DNA of 64,000 nt from positions 39,207,816-39,271,815 of the forward strand of contig CP154954.1 in NCBI GenBank assembly GCA_039621445.1. The letters run 5' to 3'. This document shows positions 1 to 12,644 of the stretch, piece after piece; positions within the stretch are counted from its first letter, which is position 1, and each line of letters opens with the position of its first letter. This DNA comes from Euglena gracilis. Taxonomy: Eukaryota. The position numbers were made by a program, and so were the translations under genes. The notes under the pieces were generated by a model. It was given only the letters and a program-made list of their open reading frames with translations, did not search any database and was not told where the DNA came from.

Positions 1-830
1 TTGTCCGTCATTTTGTTTGCTTTGTCCATGCCCGGTGAAGAATCTGTGAAAGTTGAAGAAAGCTCGCCCAGCGGGGGGAGCATCCAGCTTGTGTTGAGTC
101 CCCCAGGGGGGAGACACTTGGCTTACATGAAGTCTTCCCAGCAGGGAGACCCGTTTTTTTGGCGAGTCCTCCCACGGGGGGGGGGGACACCAACCGATGA
201 AAGGGGCCTCTGGGGGGAAGGCAACTGTTTTCAGGGAGTCCTCCTAGTGGGGGGGGTCTTCCGGTGGTCAGTCCTCCCGGGGGGGGACACCAACCGAGGA
301 AAGGGCCTGAGGTGGCTGTGACCTTGACAACCCCAGGTGGTGCAGCTTGAGAAACAGCATTTGGTGGTTGTGAACTTCTGGGGAGGGAGTTCACCCATCC
401 TGGAGCAAGGTTGGCGTGCAACCATGGACCTGGGGTGGGCATCGAAGATTGTCGATGGGGCATTCTTGTGTGGTTGGTTCTGCAGCTCTTCCGAGTTGGA
501 TTGTATGTTGTGCCCATTTGGGGATCTTGTGTTGGGTGACGTGTAAAAGTTTGATTTGAAGTTCGGTTCAAACATGAAGTCCTTATTCCCCTGGAGGAGG
601 GGACCCTGCTGAGCTCAGGATGCAGAAAAGGTGAGGGCCGGACTTCAAAGGGTGCCAAGACTGGGGCTGGTGAATAGGGAGTCCCCACCCCGCCTGCTGA
701 AGCAGGTCGGAGTGAAAAGGGTGCGACCCCTCCAGTCCTTCAGTTTTACAATTTTTCCGGAGTTGGGATCTGTGATGTGCTCAAATTCGGTGGAGACTCG
801 GATTCAGAACCGAAGCACGCAAGGAATAAA

Positions 831-1240
831 GAAACCTTCCTGGGGGAGGGGGTCCCGAGAGCACCCCCTGCCCGACCCAGTGGCCACCGGAATCAGAACC
901 CCCGGAGGACGATGGGGGGGGGCCATGCGGGAAGCAGGGCTGTGGGTGAAAACCCTAACGGCAGGTTTCGGGTTCACCTGTGAAAACCCCACCCTGTGAC
1001 CAGAATGGTGTGGTGAACGTGATGGCCTCCCTGGAGGGAGGCATCCGGCGAACCTTCCTGGTGAGGGGGTCCCGAGAGCACCCCCTGCCTGACCCAATGG
1101 CCAACGGAGTCAGAACCCCCGGAGGACGATGGGGGGGGAACCATGCGGGAAGCAGGGCTGTGGGTGAAAACCCTACCGGCAGGTTTCGGGTTCACCTGTG
1201 AAAGCCCCACCCTGTGAGCGGAATGGTGTGGTGAACGTGA
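831..1240. repeat. Tandem duplication of a ~219-bp unit (2 diverged copies)
   Basis: 831-1021 and 1050-1240 share GGGTCCCGAGAGCACCCCCTGCC...CAGAACCCCCGGAGGACGATGGGG...GGTTTCGGGTTCACCTGTGAAA...GAATGGTGTGGTGAACGTGA. Confidence 0.9.
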
Positions 1241-2804
1241 ACGGAGGCACCCGGCAAACCTTTCCAGGCGGTGGGTCCTCGAATAATCAGGCTTTCCCAG
1301 CGAGGGATGCCGTTGGCATGTTGAGCCCTCCCAGGGGGGTGGAAATTTGATGAGAACGGTGCCTTCCTGGCGGTGGAGAATGTGGGCCCTCTCTGAGGTC
1401 CATCAAGGCCTCCCAGGGGGGGGGGGGCAGTTCCCGATGACCAGGCTTTCCCAGCGGGGGGATCGCCTGCAAGTGGAGACTTCTCTCCCAGCACTGGGGG
1501 GGGGACGTCCAGGAAGTGTCCAGGTGAAGGTGTCGGTGCTGCGGGCCAACATCAGGTTTCTTTTTTGGTGGAGTGGGGCAGGTTTCCGGTCTCCGCCTCC
1601 CTACGGTCGGTTGAGTGTAGAAGTTTCTGGGAGAAACTTTTTGAGTAGGGGGGTGTTGGGGGGTCCGGGAAACCTGCGGGAAGAACACCCACTCCGCTGA
1701 AGGGGGGGTGAGGCTTCCCGTGGTAAGTCCACTCAGCCAGCGAACAATGTGAAGAGTGAGGATAAGGGCAGGTCCTTGGGTGCCTCCTGCCGAGGCGGAA
1801 GAAATGTGCCTCTGGGCATCCCCACGGGGGGGTGATTCAAGGTCTGTCTGAGCGCTGAAAAGGGGAGTGTGTGTGCGAGGAGTCGCTATGACCGCACATA
1901 GCCCCTGCGCCTCCCGAAAGGTGAATGACCGTTTGTTTGCAAGCTTGTGCGAGCCAGTGTGTGATCCTGTGGTTGGTTAAACTGGCCTGTGATCTGTAAT
2001 GACAGGAGAGAAATATCTTTCCACTTTGGATTATTCTTCCAGGATGAAAGTTGGGTTCTCACATACGGAATAATGGCCAGATTCATTTTCCAGAGTGTGG
2101 GACCTGGCGGACAGGGCGCAGGAAGAGAGGAGGGAATGACGCCAAAGGTAGGGAGTGCCTTGGCATAGGCTCCTATCCTAATCTGTGGTCATTCCTAATC
2201 AGTAACCTTCCAATAACCCAGCCAGCACATGCATAAGTGTGAAAAGGGCAGTGGGCAGTATTGGGAGGTGGGAATTGGTATTGCGCATATTCTCATTGAG
2301 TTGCCCGCGTTCTGCACATTTGTTTTCATGTTCCACTTTCCACAGTGGGTTTCCCAGTTTTCCAAGTTTCTCAAACATGCAAGTTGTCAAGATTCTTGGA
2401 CTATGAAACATCATTGAAAGAAGTCAAGGAATTCAATCAAAGACACTGTCAGAAGTTGAAACTGTGGTAACATTCATTGGCTGAACGGTCACTCGTGAAC
2501 CTCCAACTCCTTTGTTTTGTTGGTTGCGAAGTCAGGTTGTTTTGCCTGTTTGTTTGGGTCTTGTTTTTCCAACACAGACCTTGAAATTATCCAGAAACAG
2601 TCTGGAAATGTTTCATCCGGGAGTGTCGGGGGTGTGGGGTCGGGAAGGAATCCAGAGGGCGGGGAATTTCCTCCCCCCCCCCCTGGACATGACAATGGGG
2701 TTGGGTAGGAATCAGGGACCTGAGCCCACCCTGGTTTTGCCCAAAGGGAACCTCAAGAAGATCCTGAAGGGATTCCAGTTTGGGTTGGATCCCCTGAAAC
2801 TGAG

Positions 2805-3131
2805 GTGGGAAATAAAGATCCTACGCCGCCGGAGGTCAGTCCCGGGTTCCCCCCCGGGGGGGCGGACGCGGGGTGGGCCTCTCGCGTTAACATCCCCTGC
2901 CTATATTTCAAGCCCCGTTCCAGATTACCTGAAACGGACGACTTTGTGGTCGATAAGACAATAGACCACAAGGTCGACAGGGGTGTGCACTACTGGAAAG
3001 TTCGCTGGAAAGGGTATGGGCCAGAGGAGGACACTTGGGAGCCAGCATCCAGTTTTGTTGGATATATCCAGCAGGATTGGAAGCTGTGGAACAACCGCAA
3101 TAACATAGACATAAACATAAACACTTTCTGA
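2805..3131 (+). pseudogene. Chromodomain, probably the integrase C-terminus of a decayed chromovirus
   Basis: FVVDKTIDHKVDRGVHYWKVRWKGYGPEEDTWEP matches the chromodomain consensus; upstream sequence is degraded. Confidence 0.8.
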
Positions 3132-3278
3132 AACGATTTCGTTTTGGAGAATGTGTGTGTTTTATGTGAATGTTTCGCGTTTATACCCCCCGGGGCAAAT
3201 GCAGTCGCCGGCAGTTGGTTTTGTAGGAAATTTCCTGTTGCGTGGTCAGATTTGACTGGCCATGCGCCCTGCCCAAAC

Positions 3279-4662
3279 TTGACTGGTCAGCGGCCCCCTC
3301 CTTCCACACCCTCCCCATGGGTTTTCCTGGAATGCCCATGGACCCAACCCCAAGTGCCTTTGGCACACCCAAACTGGGTGGATGGGTTTGCCTGGCAAGG
3401 AAACCTGCCAGCCCTATTTTCCCCAGTGGGCTATAATATACTATACACCCATAAGCCAGCGCAGAATAAATGAAACCATTTTGCGCGTTTTGGGCTTTTG
3501 GGTCACCCTTTCCCCCCGCCCCTTTTGAGTGGACCCCTGTGCGACGGAAAGGGCCCCTGTGTATGCGCCAGGGTGCACCTCCAACAGTCCAGGTCTGTGT
3601 CCGAAATCCCTGTGGCCAGAATGCCTGGTCCAAAGGGAAATCGGGCATAGCCCTGGGAGGGAGATGTGTACCAGGCGTATGCTTCTGTCCCCTTCCGTTG
3701 AGGAAGTTAGGATGGAAGCAGATCCTATTAGGATCTCCTGATGGTTGCCCCTTCTCTCTCTACAGGTGGTATTCTTCTTATACCTTTTCCCTCCTTTTCC
3801 TTGGACCGGACTTGGATTTCCAGTCCGTCCTCCCCACATTGCTCCGTGCTTTGCTTCTTGGGAAGTGGGAAAAGGGTTTTCACTGTTACTCTGATTTTCA
3901 GTCCCCAAGTAGGTGCGACAAGGCGAAAGCGAAGGCTTTTGGTGAAGGGGAATTGGGAATCAGACGTACCCAGGTTTGACTTGTTAGGGGCACACTCATT
4001 CCACACCCTCCCGGGTTTTCCTGGAATGCCCATCGAACCAACCCCACGTGCCTTGGCCACACCTAACCTGGGTGGAGGGTTTGCGTGGCAAGGAAACCTG
4101 CCAGCCCCGCTTTCCCCATTGGGCTATAATATACTATACAACAATAAGCCCCAGCAAAGTAGGTGAAACCATTTTGCGCGTTTTGGGATTTAGGGTCTTC
4201 CTCCTTTCTGCCCCCTCCCTGAGTAGTCCCCTGTGCGACGGAAAGGGCCCCAGTGGATGGGCAAGGTTGCACCTCCCACAGACAAGGTCTGTGTCTGAAA
4301 TCCCTGTGGCCAGACTGCCTGGTCCAAAGGGGAAATCGGGCATAGCCCTGGGAGGGCATATGTACCAGACGTATGCTTCTGTTCACTTCCGTTGAGGAAG
4401 TTAGGATGGAAGCAGACCCTATTAGGATTTCCTAATGGGTGCCCCTTCTCTCTCCATAGGTGGTATTCTTTATTCTGTTTTGTCTTTCCTTTTCTTCGGA
4501 CCGGACTTGGATATCTACTCCGTCCTTCCTGCATTGCTCCGTGCTTTGTTCTTGGGAAGTAGGAAAAGAGTTTTCACTGTTACTCTGATTTTCAGTTTCC
4601 AAATAGGTGCGACAAGGCGAAAGCGAAGGCTTTTTGGAAACATGAATTGAAGACCAGACGTA
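3279..4662. repeat. Tandem duplication of a ~700-bp unit (mirror at ~56455-57850)
   Basis: Units start TTGACT...TTCCACACCCTCCC...GGTTTTCCTGGAATGCCCAT at 3279 and 3976; both end TAGGTGCGACAAGGCGAAAGCGAAGGCTTTT...CAGACGTA. Confidence 0.9.
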
Positions 4663-4699
4663 TACTGATTGCCCCATGTCCCACGAGAGTGCTGACACA

Positions 4700-5580
4700 A
4701 TTCTCCACTCGCTCGAAGCTTGTTCCCTTGCAGCCGCGGACCTAGTTCTCAGGGCTGGTGGCGGTACGCCAGGCAACGCAATCTCCTCCCAACTTTCAAT
4801 GACGGGCCGTTGAAGGTACAACCTGGCGCGCTCAGCGACCTTGCGGCCAACCTGTGCCCTATGGTCTTTCCCACCGCGCTTTAGTGGGCAAAGCTCTGCC
4901 GTTTGAAATGCCTAAAGATGATGCAGGGACCCCAGTCAGCACTTGCATTTAAGTTGCGGAGGAGGGTGATGTAGGTGCACGTGACTCGCACAACGGCACC
5001 ACAGGGGACGTGGACCAGCGTCGGCACGCTGTCCAGTTCAAAAAAAAGGTGACAAGGTTGCTCCGCCATGTGTGAATGCACCCGGGGGGAACCTGACCAA
5101 TCGCCGCCGAGGAGTGCCTCGGACGCCTTGTAGCCAAGGTATTCATGCACCTCCAAGCCATCACGCAGACCCTCAAAGACCTCAGTCCTATGCAAAGCGG
5201 AGTATGGGTAGCCTCACCGCAATTGGCGTGCATCAGATGACTGATGACCTCTTCCGCAAGAATGAGGATCGACGGGGCCTTTTAAAAATAGACCTAAGCA
5301 ACGCGTTCAACAGCCTCCTCCGCAGTTCCGCATTAGACAGTGTCCGTCCGAGACGTCCTGCTGCGATGTCATGGGTCGAGACTTGCTACAGCCAACATTC
5401 CCATCTATTTTGTGGCAAGAAAATGCTCACTTCGGCCAGAGTCGCCCAACACGGAGACCCGTGTGGCCCAGCTCTGTTGGCCTGGGGACTGCAAAATGTC
5501 CTGGAAGAGCTGTCTGCAAACGTCGAACGGCAGGGATGTTACTTGGATGACGGCCGTCTCCCGGGTTCGCCGCTTGTGTG
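4700..5580 (+). pseudogene. CRE/SLACS-like non-LTR retroposon reverse transcriptase, 5' part (mirror ~55530-56390, -)
   Basis: LLKIDLSNAFNSLLR...CYSQHSHLFCG...TSARVAQHGDPCGPALL...YLDDG are non-LTR RT motifs of the early-branching RLE clade. Confidence 0.85.
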
Positions 5581-8420
5581 GATGGGTCCTCGGCTCAGTG
5601 TGTTGGGACAGCCCTTGTCCAATGACACTTGGGGTGACAAACTTCTTGCCCAGGCCAACCTGTAATGTGCAATGCTGGACAGTCTCCTAATGACGAATTG
5701 GGCTTTTCCACTGGGAGTTTCTCACTGAATCACTGGAGTTTCCAAAAGTCTTTCTCACAGCAGGGGAACAAAGATTGAAGATCTTTGCCAATGCCCTTGA
5801 TCAATCAAGTCCAAGCAAACTGATACACTGTTTGCCATAGGCCAATAAAATAAAGAATTATGCAAAGAAATCCCATATTAAGATTTTGGTCTGAGAACCT
5901 TTTTTCTGGCAATGCCTAATTCAGAGATTACAGGAAATTGATCGTAAAAAGACTGTCCGCCACCCCCCCCCCCTTCATGAACAATTGCTGCGCAGTTGCC
6001 CAGGCATTCAGAGCACAGCGGACAGACGAGCCAGTTAGCCCCTCGCAGAACATGGAGAGGAGACAGAAACACGCAGAAGACGAAGACGGAGAAAACGATC
6101 AAACCGTGATATTTACTGCCGCGGAACACCACCATCACACAGCACGACATCAACGTCATTGGACAAGGGCTGTCCTAACGCACTGAGCCGAGGCCCCAAC
6201 CACACACAAACTGGTATGAGCTTTGTCCAGTTCAAACGATCCTGTTGGGCCACGAAGGGGATTGACGCTGAGATTGCGATCTGGTGGAGTGACATAACAT
6301 TGTCATTGGCGGACCAGTGAAGACAGCATGTCGTTGTCACTGAAGTGGAGATGGTGATGAGCCGTGAGGCACGTACAACAGAATCGAGCTCCGGTAGATC
6401 ACCCAGATGAGCCGTGAGGCACGTTCTGGAGAGAAAGATGGTGGTCATTTGGTGCCTTGGACAGCCCAGTTGTTGGCATTGCCATGGGTTGGGGGTTAAC
6501 CTATGAAATCCTCTGCCGTTTCGATTTGGCATTGATGTGACACTTGGGTGACAATCTTCTGGCCCAGGCCAACCTGTAATGTGCAATGCTGGACAGCATC
6601 CTATTGCTAACTTGGGCTTTTCCACTGGCAATTTTTGAGTGCCCACTCTTGGCCTGGACCCAGTGTCTCACTTTTGACTTTTCTGGCATTGAACTTTTCA
6701 AAACTTCCAGCACAGCACAAGCAAAGACAGGACTTCTTTGAGGTTCAATCAGTGACCCACGCAATCAGTGTAAGCATTTTGCTCCCTACAGAACAATTGG
6801 CATTCTTCAATGGCTTTGCAATCTTGAATTAGGAATTGCAGACTTGGCGAATCCTACACCACCTTCCTACAGAACATTCCTTGGAATGTCAGTCGGCATT
6901 CGCAGGTCAAATTTGCCAATTCGAAATTCTAACCTCGCCCTGATGTGCCCGAATTGTCACCCCCCCCCTAGGCAGTCATCCCTGGGCCCTGGGGGGGGGG
7001 GCCAACAAAAAATGTAACCTGGAGGGAATTCGGGCAATCACGAAAAGGGGAGTCTGATTTTTGTGCCCAGAAATGGGCAGCCAAAAAACGGGACTATGGG
7101 AAAAAATCTGGGCAAGGCGGAAAATCTTCAGCTCCAAATGTCTTTATCCACTGGTCAGTTACGTGCCCTGCCGTACTTCTGTGCCCATGCGGGCAAAACA
7201 GAGTACCCCCCTTCTTTGTGTCCTGACCCTTCCCCAACTGGGCAATTACATCCACCCCTTTGGTGCATCCCCTGTTAAGGGGAAATCTGGGCAAATCAAA
7301 AGGGGAAGGCCAAAAAGCAAAGTGCCCTACAGAGCAAATATCTACAAATGGTGGCTGGGCAATCACAAACCAAACCAGGAAAATGCTTACACTTGAATTG
7401 CAATGAAATCCCAGCAAACACACGAGTTTAACGCACAGGGAATGGCTTCAGCGGCTCCTCCTTCTTCCCCTTCTTACATTGTAATCTCCTGATTCATCTT
7501 TCCTTGGATGTCTCTTTTTGTTTCACCTTGTCTTCAGATTGATTGTCTTCTTCTTCAGCAGCTTGCAGAGCAAATTCCACTCTTGGAATGATTGTAATCA
7601 CCTCCACTTCAGCCGCCTGAACACCAACATGTACAGATGAGATTGCCATGGCAGGGCTCTTCTGCTGCTGCAGAACTTCCAAAGCCCTGAAAACATACTC
7701 CTGCGACACAGGATGTACATGGTGATCAGCTTCACCTTCAGCCATAGTTCCTGGACAGCAGTGGACCCCAATCCGTAAACATCTGCAGCTGCTGGATTGC
7801 ATCTTCTGTACCCATTCTGTCATGGATGTGGTCCATCTTCCCAGTCCATGCTGCAGCATCTTCCTGGAAACTTCCTCAATGACATCTGGGCTGACCAAGC
7901 CCGGGAGCTGACTGATTGTACAGGGTATACACTGATTGTTCGAGTGCCCACTCTTGGCCTGGACCCAGTGTCTCACTTTTGACTTTTCTGGCATTGAACT
8001 TTTCAAAACTTCCAGCACAGCACAAGCAAAGACAGGACTTCTTTGAGGTTCAATCAGTGACCCACGCAATCAGTGTAAGCATTTTGCTCCCTACAAAACA
8101 ATTGGCATTTTTCAATGGCGTTGCAATCTTGAATTACGAATTGCAGACTTTGCGAATCATACAAATTTCCCACTGCATCACTGGTGTTTCCAAAATCTTT
8201 CGCACAGCAGGGGAAGAAATCCTGAAGACCTTTGCCAATGCCCTTGATCAAGTCCAAGCAAACTGATACACTATTTGCTAGAGGCTGCCAATGAAATACA
8301 GAATTATACACAGAATTCCCAGATTAAGATTTTGGTCTGAACCCTTTTTTCCGGCATTGCATAATTCAGAGATTCCAGGAGATTGATTGTGAAAAGGCTG
8401 TCCGCCACACACGCGATGCA
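5580..8420. mobile_element. Unidentified mosaic insertion nested in the CRE-like RT, with internal duplications
   Basis: Interrupts RT between YLDDG and GLAVNLAKC; 6637-6855 repeats 7942-8160, 5723-5965 repeats 8171-8410, 5626-5715 repeats 6540-6630. Confidence 0.6.
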
Positions 8421-9830
8421 GCTCCTCACGGCCCTTTCCACACCGTCCATGAAGCGGGAAAAAGCGGATTGGCGGTGAACCTTGCTAAGTGCAATCTGTT
8501 GGGCCCTGCCTTCACCTCAAATTGTGGAAGTACCTCGCAGACAGAAAACTTCGCCAAGTACCCATCGTGCCGCTTCTCAAGGATTCTGGCCTCAAAGTTC
8601 TCGGGATCCCACTCTGGCTTCCGGAAGGCGATACATTTGCCCGGCAGATTTGGAGTAAACGTGTGAACAGTGTTATGGAGGCATGCCAATCTCTTTCCAA
8701 GCTACCACAGGCGCATCTTCAATTCACTATTCTCCGATATTGCCTCACCTCTAGAAAAGTAAACGACCTTCTGCGAGCAGCCACAAACACCCAGGGTCCC
8801 CTGGAGTGTGCAGCATTCAGCACAATCCTACGGAACTGCTTTTGAAGGACTGCTTGGTGTCCCGTGCACACCACAACAACGGGAGCAAATCTGCCTACCA
8901 ATTCGCTTGGGAGGCCTTGCCCTTTCATACACCAGCCCCATCCGCTTGAATGTTCGAATTGCTGGCTGAATTGCTGACATCGTTGACTACTTTCGCCGCG
9001 GGCCAAAGACATTGGGAATACCATCAGCTTTCCCCCGTGCTCCTGCAGACACCCTGGATTGTTTGCGAGCCGCTTTCACCATCCTCGGAACCACACTACC
9101 CCTTCCACAATGGCTGGGGGACTTGTCTCTTATCCAAAAAACTTAGAGCCCCCACACCTCAGAAACCGGTCAACTTTCCACTGCGCGGCAAGCGTAGCTA
9201 ACCCAAGAATTACCTGCACAGGATCAAATTCGGTTTGCAAGCAAATGCCAGCCCCACATAATGGCGTGGGTTGCAGCAACACAAAGCACCGCCAAACGCA
9301 CGCTCTTGCCTTCTGTGGAACTCGGCCGTCTCCTTCAGTGGAACATTGGCATATGCAGTTGAGCGACGTTGCTTCACCAAAGGCTTGCACTGCCCAAAAT
9401 GCTAGGGGATTGTGAATGTCACGGGTCATCACCTTTTGTGCTGCAAATTCAACAAAAAAACGAGCAACGGGCGGATGACAACATTCGCCCCGGCGATCTG
9501 TTTTTTCCGCGATTGGACAGTGCCTATCGACCCCCCCCCCGTTGTTCTAGCAGGGCTCTGAGGAGGGTGGACATCAGTGTGCGGCCTTCCTGGACTAGTC
9601 ACCTGAAGCAGTCAATCAAGAAGGCATTGAGGCGCCGCCCCCACCTTGCACAGGCAGCATCATATTTCCGGTGTTTTTCGGCGTCTTGCCTCTCCGGCCA
9701 GGCTTACAGCTAGGTGGTTCGTCCAAGAGGTGGCAACAACGCTAAACAGAAGCAGAGGCTGGCAAGGCCTCTCTCTGACACTAGCCAAAGATACATAAAA
9801 ACAACTTGTGTGTTGCTTTTACACTGAAGA
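8420..9830 (+). pseudogene. CRE/SLACS-like retroposon, 3' part: RT thumb and restriction-like endonuclease (mirror ~51240-52640, -)
   Basis: GLAVNLAKC, GLKVLGIPL, FTILRYCL..KVNDLLR, WEQICLPIRLGGL, NIRPGDLFFPRLD; many frameshifts. Confidence 0.8.
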
Positions 9831-10000
9831 ATCCACAAGTGCCGACACCTTTTTCACAGGCTCTCGCTCTCCCTACTCAAGCTAAATGGACACCCCACTC
9901 CAAACTCTGCAAACAACGGCAAGCACGCCGCAACGGCGGGCAACAAACCTGAAACCTCAGCGCCAACACCGTTGTCCCAACAGAATACAATCCAATACAA

Positions 10001-10232
10001 GTTTTCTGGGTGTCTCTTTGGGGTAACTTTTTCTTCCTTTTCCCTCTTATCCTTGATATTTGAATGCAATGAACTTGCCAGATTGGTATGGATGAAGTGT
10101 TCAGGCTTGGAACCACCTGCAAAGGAGGCAGTCCCATTTATAATTGAAATTAGGATCTTCCGCAAAGCAGAAGATCCCGCGCTTGGTCTTTTTGGCCCCG
10201 CCTGGCGCCACCCCCTGGGGCCGCCGCCAACA
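10001..10232 (-). repeat. 3' LTR of mini element (232 bp)
   Basis: Preceded on the minus strand by the polypurine tract GGGAGGGAAG (10233-10242) and followed by the TSD copy TTGTA. Confidence 0.85.
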
Positions 10233-11319
10233 CTTCCCTCCCGGACCGCTTGCGTACCGCCTCCGCCAATACGAGGCGGCCCCAGGGAAGTGTTCGGGCC
10301 CCTTGGCCCCCGAAGCCTTCCGCTTCGGGGGGGGGGGACTCGGCCCTCGGCCCGTGTGGGCCCGAGGCCTTGGGTTTTTGGGCCCCGAGGTCTTCGACCT
10401 CGGGAAGGGGGGGTGTGGGGGGGGCTCGGCCCCCGTGGGCCCGAGGCCTTGGGTTTTTGGGCCCCGAGGTCTTCGACCTTGGGGGGGGGGGGGTTGTGGT
10501 GGGTGGTGTGGGGGGGTGGTGGCTTGGCGGTGTTTTTTTGGGAAGTAACATAGGGCGAATTCTGAGTCTGGGGTTAAGATCGTGGTCCAGGGTCCGCACA
10601 TCCAACAATGTCCAGGTAGCGAATGATGAATGGGGGGGGCAGGTAACATTGGAAGTTCACACCGCCACTCCCGAATCAAGATCCCAGGGCCACAATTCCA
10701 TCATCCAGGAGGGGGCAGGTAACATGATGTTCACACTGCCACACACACACACCTGTTATTCATCCAAATCTGCCTCCAAACCGCATCGAATCGAAGACAT
10801 GGGGCAGTCAACGCAAAGTCCACACCACCTCACTTTGTTATCCATTCTGCAGATTTGATCCAATTCCACTGAATTGAAAATGCGGGGCAAGCAACCCTCA
10901 GGTCCACACCGCCACACTTCAACAAACCCAACGACTCATCTTCGGCGACGGGCAGCCAAATCGCCCTGAGCACCTCCCCCCAGGGGTGACGGGCCGTCGG
11001 TCCGCCCAGAGCATCCGACGACAATCGACCTCCAACACCTGGATTTTTCAGACATTCTTTCTGTGCTGACGCAGGCCATTTCGTGCACCATTGAAAGATA
11101 TGCTAAATCCTTCAATTTCTGATCGGGGATCTTGGACACTGGCTTCACAGAGGAGGGGGATCAGACTGGGAGGGGAGGGCAGGCAACACTCGGTCCACAC
11201 CGCCTCATTCCCACGTCTCCGCGAACCACTGGTACCGCTGTCGACGGTATCTCCTCTTGCAGGCCTCGGAGAGTCCACCTTCATCTTCGCTTCTCCTGCG
11301 GGCTCGGGACGTTGCTGCT

Positions 11320-11781
11320 TCATCTGCTTGCTGGGGGCATGTCCTTCAGGGTCTCCTCCTGGAATCTTCGGTATCGGACCAAACGCGCCCGGACTGGCCA
11401 ACGCAATGGCCCAGTCGGCTGCATCTGGCCCGCTTGCTGGTCCCAGATCTCGAAGAACCGGGTTCCTTCCTCGAAGATGAAGAACTTCACTGTCATCTTC
11501 TGCAGCACTGGCCACCATGTAGTCGTACGCCACTCCGGTGCAATCAGCACCATCTCCTGCACTTGGTCCGCGATGATCTTGAGGATGACTTGGTTCATCA
11601 ATGTCCATGGGGGATTGGCCCAGATCCTTTCCCATGTCCATGTCTTCGCAAATGCATTGTCCTCCTTCGTCCAGAATTTCTGCAATCTTGCATTTTCCCA
11701 TGATGCAAATGCTTCCTGCACACCTTCTCGCTGAATGTGGAACTTGTCCAGGATCAGGTCGACGAATGCCCAGCGAAAGGC
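11320..11781 (-). pseudogene. N6-adenine DNA methyltransferase (Dam-like) domain; an in-frame TAA at 11782-11784 separates it from an acidic upstream ORF
   Basis: EAFASWENARLQKFW..DNAFAKTWTWERIWANPPW...MVLIAPEWRTTTWWP: motif IV NPPW plus the xxFAS..N and PxW motifs of DIRS/phage Dam-like MTases. Confidence 0.85.
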
Positions 11782-12220
11782 TTACTCCTCCGAGATGTAC
11801 TGCCTCTTGATCCTTTTGCCTCCTCCTCTTGGTCTTGGCTGGGTCTCTGGCTCGTCTACCTCGTAGTTCTCCTCATCTGCAGCTGGCCTTGATGGCGATC
11901 CTTCTTCTTCAGATCTGGTCTCCATCACCACATTCCTCCTCCTGAATGGCTGCAATGGTTCTTCCGGTTCTTCAGCTGCATCTGCATATCTTGGAGCTAG
12001 ACTGCTGAATTCTTCTTCTTCTTCTTCTTCGCCATTCCACACTGTCAATGCAGATCTCCAGTCTTCTTCGGGTAATCGGACACTCCATTTGCTCCAGCTC
12101 CAATCTGTCACTTGCTGCACTTTCTGAGATTCTTCTTCCGGCCTCCAACTGACATTCATCCCTCTGGCCTTGGAATTTTGGTAATCTGATCCTTGCATTC
12201 TGGCAAGTCTGATCACTTCG

Positions 12221-12452
12221 GTTTTCTGGGTGTCTCTTTGGGGTAACTTTTTCTGCCTTTTCCCTCTTATCCTTGATATTTGAATGCAATGAACTTGCCA
12301 GATTGGTATGGGTGAAGTGTTCAGGCCTGGAACCACCTGCAAAGGAGGCAGTCCCATATATAATTGAAATTAGGATCTTCCGCAAAGCAGAAGATCCCGC
12401 GCTTGGTCTTTTTGGCCCCGCCTGGCGGTACCCCCTGGAGCCGCCGCCAACA
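12221..12452 (-). repeat. 5' LTR of mini element (232 bp)
   Basis: Near-identical to 10001-10232; minus strand reads TGTTGGCGGCGG...CCCAGAAAAC. Confidence 0.85.
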
Positions 12453-12644
12453 TACAACCAAGCCAAGAGCTCTCTGCGCCACACAAACTCCCCTCCCACA
12501 CACCACATATCAGACACAAACAAGCCGCGCCAGGCAAACACCCAACACACACACAGTCACTATTTAAACCCCCCCAAATAACATACCCCCCCCCGCTGTT
12601 TTATTTTGGCCCCGAACTGGAGTAATGGCACGAACCCGGGACCC

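Larger units (their letters stand above)
10001..12452 (-). mobile_element. Non-autonomous mini LTR element (TRIM/LARD-like) carrying a Dam-like methyltransferase
   Basis: 232-bp direct repeats at 10001-10232 and 12221-12452; TACAA flanks both ends (9996-10000, 12453-12457); minus-strand LTR starts TGTTGG; purine tract GGGAGGGAAG abuts the 3' LTR. Confidence 0.85.

Noticed and set aside
1-2800. Gag/protease/integrase ORFs upstream of the chromodomain
   Set aside because: Only vague resemblance and no catalytic motif identified; too degraded to call
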